From assembly GCA_947446685.1 (NCBI GenBank), contig CANFIC010000001.1, positions 1-43,569 on the forward strand: 43,569 nt of DNA, in the 5' to 3' direction. A program made the position numbers and the translations under genes. The notes under the pieces were generated by a model. That model worked only from the letters and a program-made list of their open reading frames with translations, was not told where the DNA came from and searched no databases. The stretch comes from Burkholderiales bacterium (GTDB lineage Bacteria; Pseudomonadota; Gammaproteobacteria; Burkholderiales; Burkholderiaceae_C). Positions 37,335 through 43,569 of this stretch are shown one piece after another. Positions within the stretch are counted from its first letter, which is position 1, and each line of letters starts with the position of its first letter.

Positions 37335-37712
37335 TCAGGAATTGAAATCGGTCGCCTGCAGCACGATGGGTTGGCCATGCGGTGTGCGGTCGGCGGCATG
37401 GTCCCAGGCCTGGGCACAACGCGACAGTTCGGCCGCGCTGGTCGCGCCTTTGGCAGCCACCAGGTCTTCGAGCGCCGCCAGCCAATGCCGGTAGTAGGTG
37501 TCGCCCAGGTCAGCATCCCCGGCGGCCTGCGCCGCCGTGATGCGGGCCGACAGCGCTGCGGCCCATTCGGGCCAGCTGAACAGGCCGCGTTGGTGCAGTT
37601 GCAGCGTGATCGCGAAAGCCTGGGCCTGCCAGGGCTCGGCGAACACCGGAGCGCTGTCGGGGCCGGCGGATTCGCCCGCAGGCAGGCCGGGGCAGATTGA
37701 GATGTCAATCAT
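37335..37712 (-). CDS. Nitrile hydratase accessory/activator protein (P14K/NhhG-like)
   Basis: PVFAEPWQAQAFAI..LHQRGLFSWPEW, YYRHWLAALE, RTPHGQPI. Confidence 0.9.
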   Translation of the reverse strand: MIDISICPGLPAGESAGPDSAPVFAEPWQAQAFAITLQLHQRGLFSWPEWAAALSARITAAQAAGDADLGDTYYRHWLAALEDLVAAKGATSAAELSRCAQAWDHAADRTPHGQPIVLQATDFNS

Positions 37713-38398
37713 GGCTGGCTCCGGCTGGCCGTCGGGTCGACTTGCGGGTCCAGCATGCTTTCCCAGGCGTCCAGGCCCACGCGCAGGCCGGTATCAGCCT
37801 CCGGGCCCCACAGGTCCTGGCCCTCGAACACCAAACCGTACAGCCATTGCGGCTGCTCGCCCAGGCCTTGCGCGTTGCTGTCGGCGAACACATGCACGCC
37901 ATGCACCCGCTCGACGGTGCCGGGCTTGCCGCGGGCATAGGCTGGCAGCCGGCTGTGGTGGTCTGGCTGCAGCGCCGAGGTGATCACAAGGTCGCCAGTC
38001 GCGAAGCGCGGTGGCGCGCTGGGTACTCGCTCGGTGGGCGAGCCCTTGGCCAGCGCGGCGGCCACCTGCTCGGCCGCCAGCAGCCGCGGCAAGGCCGACG
38101 CCGCTTGCTGCGCATGGCCAGCGGCCAGCTCGTCCGGGCTCACCAACTCGCGTTCCTCCAGCAGCCGCTGCAGGCCGGCCAGCCAGATGCGGTAGTAGCT
38201 CAACGTGGCGTAATCAGGCAGGGTCTCGCGAGCGGAGCGGCTCTGGTCGATGTTCCAGGCCCCGGTGGCGCCCATCGCCAGCGTCAGCGCCAAGACCCGC
38301 GGCTCCCAGCTGGCGTGCCACAACTCGCCCTCGGCTTCGGGCAGCACCGGACCTTCGACTTGGCGACCGCCCAGATCGGCATGGCTGATGTAACTCAT
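37709..38398 (-). CDS. nthB: Nitrile hydratase beta subunit
   Basis: [50 protein letters not shown]. Confidence 0.95.
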   Translation of the reverse strand: MSYISHADLGGRQVEGPVLPEAEGELWHASWEPRVLALTLAMGATGAWNIDQSRSARETLPDYATLSYYRIWLAGLQRLLEERELVSPDELAAGHAQQAASALPRLLAAEQVAAALAKGSPTERVPSAPPRFATGDLVITSALQPDHHSRLPAYARGKPGTVERVHGVHVFADSNAQGLGEQPQWLYGLVFEGQDLWGPEADTGLRVGLDAWESMLDPQVDPTASRSQP

Positions 38399-39048
38399 GC
38401 CGCCGGCCTCGCCATCTCATCCTGCGGCGCAGGCGAGCGGGCCAGGCCAGTGCCTATCATCGAGTCGCGGCTGACCAACTCGGCCAGCGCGACTTCGTCC
38501 AGGTTCTCGCTGCCGGGCGGGCGTTGCGGGATCACCAGGTAGCGCACCTCGGCGGTCGAATCCCAGACCCTGATGCCCATGCCCTCGGGCAGCGCGACGC
38601 CAAAATCAGCCAATACGCCGCGCGGATCGCGCACCGCCCTTGCGCGGTAAGGTGCGCTCTTGTACCAGGTGGGCGGCAGTCCCAGCACCGGCCAGGGGTA
38701 GCAGCTGCACAAGGTGCAGACCACCAGGTTGTGCTGCTCAGGCGTATTGACCACCGCCACCATATGTTCGCCCTGACGGCCGGTATAGCCCAGGGAAGCG
38801 ATGGCCGCAGTGGCGTCGCGCAGCAGCCATTCCCTGAAATCAGCGTCGGCCCAGGCCCGGGCCACCACCCTTGCGCCGTTGCGCGGGCCGATGCGGGTCT
38901 GGTAGGTGTCGATCAACACATCAAGCGCGGCCGGGTCGATATAGCCCTTCTCGGTCAGCACGGTCTCAAGTGCACGCACGCGCAAGTCCATCTCGCCGAG
39001 CTCGCTGTGGTCGTCAGCATGGTCATGGTGGGAATGGTTTTGGGTCAT
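38395..39048 (-). CDS. nthA: Cobalt-type nitrile hydratase alpha subunit
   Basis: [10 protein letters not shown] (Thr/Tyr pattern diagnostic of the Co type), [25 protein letters not shown]; His-rich N-terminus. Confidence 0.96.
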   Translation of the reverse strand: MTQNHSHHDHADDHSELGEMDLRVRALETVLTEKGYIDPAALDVLIDTYQTRIGPRNGARVVARAWADADFREWLLRDATAAIASLGYTGRQGEHMVAVVNTPEQHNLVVCTLCSCYPWPVLGLPPTWYKSAPYRARAVRDPRGVLADFGVALPEGMGIRVWDSTAEVRYLVIPQRPPGSENLDEVALAELVSRDSMIGTGLARSPAPQDEMARPAA

Positions 39049-39233
39049 GACAGCACTTTCAGGATTGACCCATCCATGATGACGGACGGGCAGTTCAAGG
39101 CCAAGTATTGCACCTCGAAGCAGCCGTCGCCCCGAAACATCGTGGATGCGGGCGATAGACTGAACGCCAAATCCAGAGGAATCCCGATTCGCGACTTGGC
39201 GCTGTCGCTTTCCGGATGAGCCGATGCCCCTAT

Positions 39234-39446
39234 CTACTTACGATGATTTTTCCAGACTTTGTCATCGTTGCCTTCGTTGTTGAACTCGCTGAAGATGTCT
39301 TCTTCGTCGCCAAGCACCCAAGCTTCGAAATTCGGCTCAAAGGTGTGTCCGATGCCCGGATTCAAGGTAATTTCTGAACCCTCGTCCTCCGACACCACAT
39401 GCAGCGATCCCATGGGGATGGAACCTGCCTAGCTTGGCAACTCATG
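39234..39446 (-). pseudogene. Frameshifted, 5'-truncated cupin-domain gene remnant
   Basis: One frame reads MSCQARQV; after a shift another reads MGSLHVVSEDEGSEITLNPGIGHTFEPNFEAWVLGDEEDIFSEF (39413-39234). This resembles the small-cupin pattern SCQxxH..G.LHV..DDG.E...PG.....PGHDAWVVGDE. Confidence 0.5.
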
Positions 39447-39544
39447 AACGCAGGGAGGGTTTTCCACGAAACCATCCGCCGTTTTAGATGCAAAAGTTCA
39501 AACAGACTTTCCGTATGGATTCCGTACCGGCTGTTTCTTGCAAT

Positions 39545-39576
39545 AAAAAAGCACTCGGAATTTTCGTCAAGTGCTT
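39545..39576 (-). terminator. Putative terminator-like hairpin downstream of tRNA-Arg
   Basis: AAGCACT (39549-39555) / AGTGCTT (39570-39576) inverted repeat ending in a T6 run on the minus strand. Confidence 0.5.
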
Positions 39577-39595
39577 GATTTTTGAAATCATTTGT

Positions 39596-39671
39596 TGGTG
39601 CGCCCGGCCGGTCTCGAACCAGCAACCCCTGCCTTCGGAGGGCAGTACTCTATCCATTGAGCTACGGGCGC
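39596..39671 (-). tRNA. tRNA-Arg (anticodon CCG)
   Basis: The reverse complement folds as a 76-nt cloverleaf: acceptor GCGCCCG/CGGGCGC, anticodon arm CTGCC-CTCCGAA-GGCAG, T-arm GCTGG-TTCGAGA-CCGGC, encoded CCA. Confidence 0.97.
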
Positions 39672-39814
39672 AGCGTCGACCATTCTAGCAGCGGGCGGGC
39701 AGTCGGCCGGCATTGGCCGACAGCGTAGATATAATCTGCGGCTTTGCGGTCCGCTCTGGCGGGTGCGCGATTTGTTCCATCGCAAACATCAATGCCAAGG
39801 CCTACGAGGATTTC

Positions 39815-40354
39815 ATGAGCGGACCCCAAGATCACAATCAAGCCCACGACGAAGAATCGCACGAAGGGCCGATCAAGACCCCCAAGCAACTGGCCTTGGC
39901 CGTGTTGTTTGCCTTTGTCGTGCCGGTCATCGTGATCGTGATGCTGGCCAGCTATGTGACGACCGAGAGCAAGCCGTCCGCTGGCAGCGAAGCGCTGGAA
40001 GCCAAAGCGATCGCTGAGCGGGTGCAGCCAGTTGGCAGGATAGAGGTCAAGGATTTGTCTGACCCGGCTTCGATGAAAACCGGTCAACAGGTCTTTGAGG
40101 CCCAATGCACAGCCTGCCATACGGCCGGCGCACTCGGCGCACCCAAGTTCGGCGACCTCGCGGCTTGGGCAGCACGCAACAAGACCGGCTACGAAGCGCT
40201 GCTGAACTCGGCACTGAAGGGCAAGAACGCAATGACCGCGCAAGGTGGCGGCGACTTCAGCGACTTCGAAATCGGCCGTGCCGTGGTCTACATGGCCAAT
40301 AGCAGCGGCGCCAAGTTCGATGAACCGAAGGCCCCGGCAGTAGCGGCTAAGTAA
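39815..40354 (+). CDS. Cytochrome c5 family protein (membrane-anchored, monoheme)
   Basis: N-terminal TM, ERVQPVG, CTACH, GAPKFGD, KGKNAM (axial Met); GAGGA RBS. Confidence 0.92.
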   Translation: MSGPQDHNQAHDEESHEGPIKTPKQLALAVLFAFVVPVIVIVMLASYVTTESKPSAGSEALEAKAIAERVQPVGRIEVKDLSDPASMKTGQQVFEAQCTACHTAGALGAPKFGDLAAWAARNKTGYEALLNSALKGKNAMTAQGGGDFSDFEIGRAVVYMANSSGAKFDEPKAPAVAAK

Positions 40355-40369
40355 GCTGCGCAATGACCG

Positions 40370-40397
40370 AAGCCGGCCCGTCAGGCCGGCTTTTTTT
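40370..40397 (+). terminator. Rho-independent terminator after cytochrome c5
   Basis: AAGCCGGCC-CGTCA-GGCCGGCTT stem running into T7. Confidence 0.85.
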
Positions 40398-40926
40398 ACG
40401 TCTGCCCCGGCTCGCGCTGAAAACCAAAGCGTTGCTGCAACTCGCCCGACAAGCAATCCTGCGGCTGCCAAACACCGGCCTCCACTGCATCGGCCGCCAA
40501 GGCCATGTCCATGCTGTGCACCAAGCCGAAGCCCAGATCGGTCGCCAGATAGAGCCAACCCAGCTCGTCAAGCCAGGCGGACTGCTGCCTGGCGGCGCGG
40601 CCGGTATGGCTGTGGATCTGCAACTCGGCGTCAGCATTGAGGCTCAGTCGCCAGATCCAGGGCGTGGCCTCAAGCTGCAGGTAAACGCGCTGCGGGCCGT
40701 TCTGGAAGAACCAGCTGCCCATCGCGTCACAGGCGTAATTGCGCTCGATGAAGGCGCGCAGCTTTTCATGCTCGATGCGGCTGCCCTTGACCTGCGGAAA
40801 GGGCCCTGCCGCCTGGATCCGCTCGTCGCGCATATACCAATCGCCGCGCGCATCCAGCGCCAGCCAGCCGTAGCAATGAGGCACAGCGGGCCATTTCTTC
40901 AGCGCGGCTTCGACGATTGCATCCAT
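40396..40926 (-). CDS. DUF2946 family protein
   Basis: MDAIVEAALKKWPAVPHCYGWLALDARGDW...FIERNY...WFFQNGPQRVY. Confidence 0.85.
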   Translation of the reverse strand: MDAIVEAALKKWPAVPHCYGWLALDARGDWYMRDERIQAAGPFPQVKGSRIEHEKLRAFIERNYACDAMGSWFFQNGPQRVYLQLEATPWIWRLSLNADAELQIHSHTGRAARQQSAWLDELGWLYLATDLGFGLVHSMDMALAADAVEAGVWQPQDCLSGELQQRFGFQREPGQT

Positions 40927-40935
40927 GGGGCTCCT

Positions 40936-41895
40936 TCAGCAGCTCGAGGCCAGCCAGTCGCAGACCTGCTCGGGCATCGCCAGCAGCCGGCCGGGCGGCC
41001 GGCCGGCAGTGAAGCCGACATGCCCACCCTGCTCGGGCTGCCATAGCCTGACATAGCTGTTTACATCCTGCTGCAGCGGTAGACAGGAGGCGGGCACGAA
41101 GGGGTCATTGCGGGCATTGAGCAGCAGGGCCGGGATGCGGATGCGCTGCAACTGCGGCTTGGCCGAGGCGCGCAGCCAATAATCTTCGGTGCTGCGAAAG
41201 CCATGCAGCGGCGCGGTGAACAGCTGGTCGAATTCGTACAGATTGCGCGCCTGGCGCAACCGCTCGCCATCGAACAGCCCCGGATGCTGGGCCAGCTTGC
41301 GCAAGGCTTTGGGCACCATCGTGCGCAAGAACATGCGGGTATAGGTGTGGCGGTTGAAACCCCGGCCGATCGCATGGCCGGCCGCGGTCAGGTCGATCGG
41401 CGAGCAGACCGCGCAGACCGCCGAAGCATTGGCCGCAGCGTCAGCACCGCTCTCCTCGGCCCAGCGCAGCAGGGCATTGCCGCCGAGCGAAACACCCACC
41501 GCAAGCACCGGCCCGCCGTTTACGGCGCGCAAGCGATCGAGCAGCCAGCCGATCTCCTCGAAATCGCCCGAATGGTAAGCACGCGGCGCCAGGTTCAACT
41601 CGCCCGAGCAACCGCGAAAATGTGGAACCGCGAAGCCCCAGCCGCGCGCGGTGGCGACCGCAGCGAAGGCCTTCGCATAATGGCTTTGCGAGCTGCCCTC
41701 GAGCCCATGGAACAGCACCAGCAGCGGCGCGCCGAAGGGTGCATCGAGCCGGTCGACATCGACGAAATCACCATCGGGCGTATCCCAGCGTTCGCGCCTG
41801 AAGCTGGCAGCTGCGCCGGCATCAGCAAACAGCGCCGGCCAGATCGTCTGCAGCTGGCCACCGGGGAGCCAGCGAGGGGCCTGATAGACCATCAA
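40936..41895 (-). CDS. YheT-like alpha/beta hydrolase
   Basis: FHGLEGSSQSHY, HFRGCSG, GVSLGGN (nucleophile elbow), NDPF, GGHVGF. Confidence 0.9.
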   Translation of the reverse strand: MMVYQAPRWLPGGQLQTIWPALFADAGAAASFRRERWDTPDGDFVDVDRLDAPFGAPLLVLFHGLEGSSQSHYAKAFAAVATARGWGFAVPHFRGCSGELNLAPRAYHSGDFEEIGWLLDRLRAVNGGPVLAVGVSLGGNALLRWAEESGADAAANASAVCAVCSPIDLTAAGHAIGRGFNRHTYTRMFLRTMVPKALRKLAQHPGLFDGERLRQARNLYEFDQLFTAPLHGFRSTEDYWLRASAKPQLQRIRIPALLLNARNDPFVPASCLPLQQDVNSYVRLWQPEQGGHVGFTAGRPPGRLLAMPEQVCDWLASSC

Positions 41896-42338
41896 TGCAG
41901 AGTCGTGGGCAGGTCGGCGGCCAAGCCCTGCACGTCATGCGGGGTGCCGGGGCTGGCATGGTGGACCATCATGCGCCAGCCCTGCGCGGTCTTCAGATAG
42001 ACATTGGTCGAGATGACCCAGGCGCTTTGCTGGCCTTCATTGCTGTTGACCAGCACCCGCTCGAGCACTTGGTGGATGGCGGTATCGCCGGATTGAAAGC
42101 GCCGCACCCGCTCAACTTGAACCGCAATCGCGCCATGGGAAAACACCGCCTCGAAGGTCGTGCGGATGGCACCCGCGCCGACCACCCTAGGCCCGCCCGG
42201 ATGCACGCAGCTGATCTCTTCTTCATCGGCCCAGACCTGCATCAAGCGGGCCAGATCGGCTTGCTGCAGCGCTTCGTAGAACTGTTGCTCGATCTCCTCG
42301 GGAGACGCCAGCAAGACCTGGGCTTTGGGGACTGGCAT
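41892..42338 (-). CDS. SnoaL-like / YybH (NTF2-fold) protein
   Basis: FYEALQQADL..LMQVWA..CVHPGG..TNVY..GWRMMVHHASP; ATG at 42338. Confidence 0.88.
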   Translation of the reverse strand: MPVPKAQVLLASPEEIEQQFYEALQQADLARLMQVWADEEEISCVHPGGPRVVGAGAIRTTFEAVFSHGAIAVQVERVRRFQSGDTAIHQVLERVLVNSNEGQQSAWVISTNVYLKTAQGWRMMVHHASPGTPHDVQGLAADLPTTLH

Positions 42339-42349
42339 GGCTGAAAAAA

Positions 42350-42553
42350 TCAATGCCCGTGCAGAATCTCGCCAGCCTTCAACTGGTAGACGGTGCCGCA
42401 GTAAGGGCATTTGCCATGGCCGGCATGCGAGATGTCGATGAAGACCTTCGGGTGCGTGCTCCACAAAGCCATCTTCGGATTCGGACAGGCAACGACGCCG
42501 GGGCCTTGCACGTCGCTGGCGGTCACTTCGACGACTGCTATCGGTTTTTTCAT
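42350..42553 (-). CDS. zf-CHCC zinc-finger protein
   Basis: ACPNP...HPKVFI...CPYCG. Confidence 0.88.
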   Translation of the reverse strand: MKKPIAVVEVTASDVQGPGVVACPNPKMALWSTHPKVFIDISHAGHGKCPYCGTVYQLKAGEILHGH

Positions 42554-42561
42554 TTTCAGCC

Positions 42562-43485
42562 TCAGACCAAGGTCAGCCAGCCAGAATATTTCGGATTGCG
42601 TCCGTTCACGATGTCGAAGAACGCGCTCTGGATCTTCTCGGTGATCGGGCCGCGCGAGCCGCTGCCGAGTTCGACCCGGTCGAGTTCGCGGATCGGCGTC
42701 ACTTCGGCTGCGGTGCCGGTGAAGAAAGCCTCGTCGCAGATATAGACCTCGTCGCGGGTGATGCGTTTTTCCACCAGCTTCAGACCCAGGTCTTCGCAGA
42801 TATGCATGATCGTGTTGCGGGTGATGCCGTTCAGCGCGCCAGCCGACAGGTCGGGCGTGTAAACCACGCCTTTCTTGATGATGAAGAGGTTCTCGCCAGC
42901 GCCTTCGGAAACGAAACCCGAGGCATCGAGCAGCATCGCTTCGTCATAGCCGTCCTCGGTCGCTTCCATATTGGCCAGGATCGAGTTGGTGTAGTTGCTG
43001 ACTGCCTTGGCCTGCGTCATCGTGATGTTGACATGGTGGCGGGTGTAGCTGCTGGTCTTGACGCGGATGCCGCGCTGCATGCCTTCTTCACCCAGATATG
43101 CGCCCCAGGGCCAGGCGGCAACCATCAGGTGGATCTTGTTGCCCTTGGGCGAGACGCCAAGCTTTTCAGAGCCGATCCAGGCCAGCGGGCGCAAGTAGCA
43201 GCTTTCCAGCTTGTTCTCGCGCACGACCTGCTTCTGCGCCGCTTCGACCTGCTCGGGCGTGAAGGGAATCTTCATGCGCAGGATCTTGGCGCTGTTGAAG
43301 AGCCGTTCGGTATGTTCCTGCAGGCGGAAGATCGCCGTGCCAGCCGCGGTGTTGTAGGCGCGCACGCCCTCGAAAGCGCCGCAGCCATAGTGCAGCGTGT
43401 GGCTCAGCACATGGATCTTGGCGTCGCGCCACTCCACCAACTCGCCGTCCATCCAGATCTTGCCGTCGCGGTCGTCCAATGACAT
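42562..43485 (-). CDS. ilvE: Branched-chain amino acid aminotransferase
   Basis: LHYGCGAFEGVRAY, AKAVSNY (PLP lysine), SEGAGENLF, LNGITR, FTGTAAEVTP. Confidence 0.97.
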   Translation of the reverse strand: MSLDDRDGKIWMDGELVEWRDAKIHVLSHTLHYGCGAFEGVRAYNTAAGTAIFRLQEHTERLFNSAKILRMKIPFTPEQVEAAQKQVVRENKLESCYLRPLAWIGSEKLGVSPKGNKIHLMVAAWPWGAYLGEEGMQRGIRVKTSSYTRHHVNITMTQAKAVSNYTNSILANMEATEDGYDEAMLLDASGFVSEGAGENLFIIKKGVVYTPDLSAGALNGITRNTIMHICEDLGLKLVEKRITRDEVYICDEAFFTGTAAEVTPIRELDRVELGSGSRGPITEKIQSAFFDIVNGRNPKYSGWLTLV

Positions 43486-43569
43486 GAGGTATTCCTTGTG
43501 TTGCGCTGGGAGGTGACAAGCCGTTGATTCTAGCGGCGCCGCGCTGCACCCAATCCAACCCTCGCTGCA

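Noticed and set aside
41892-42338. Second SnoaL-fold gene as the source of the hydrogenase tail
   Set aside because: No visible sequence similarity beyond the fold pattern; it belongs to the core ilvE operon and has different composition.
532-43482. Many long alternative-frame and antisense ORFs (e.g. 532-1629, 18620-19681, 24024-25079, 24931-26076, 31684-32835, 42802-43482)
   Set aside because: They are shadows of real genes in high-GC DNA and carry no recognisable motifs.
1-43569. CRISPR array, IS element, integrase or prophage genes
   Set aside because: No regularly spaced repeats and no transposase, recombinase or phage motifs were seen by eye.

Overview
A GC-rich betaproteobacterial chromosome segment. 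The host is inferred to be Burkholderiales-like from the ilvE / zf-CHCC / YheT / DUF2946 / cytochrome c5 / tRNA-Arg and mltA-apaG neighbourhoods. It has four parts. (1) 1-23125 is an accessory catabolic region. It holds a GntR-led operon (CaiB CoA-transferase, two different carboxyltransferases, biotin carboxylase, BCCP, NitT/TauT-type binding protein), then unrelated singletons (TauE, pentapeptide repeat, TM2, GH43), then a LysR / MmgE-PrpD / Dpp-type ABC / opine-dehydrogenase-like (B1-C-A-B2) cluster. (2) 23122-33394 is mostly housekeeping: RluA-type synthase, trhO, a cysteine desulfurase / degenerate MBL / rhodanese fusion, psd, trpS, acyl-CoA ligase, mltA and apaG. (3) About 33400-39595 is a mosaic island at the 3' end of tRNA-Arg(CCG) with no integrase. 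It holds an ABM protein, a low-GC [FeFe]-hydrogenase, a Phd/VapC toxin-antitoxin pair, a Co-type nitrile hydratase operon and gene remnants. (4) 39596-43485 is core genes. The standout is the [FeFe]-hydrogenase: it has all H-cluster motifs and a CpI-like FeS relay, is fused in frame to a C-terminal SnoaL/NTF2-like domain, has no hydEFG maturases in the window, and sits in an apparently aerobic host. All calls come from reading motifs by eye; no database searches were run.
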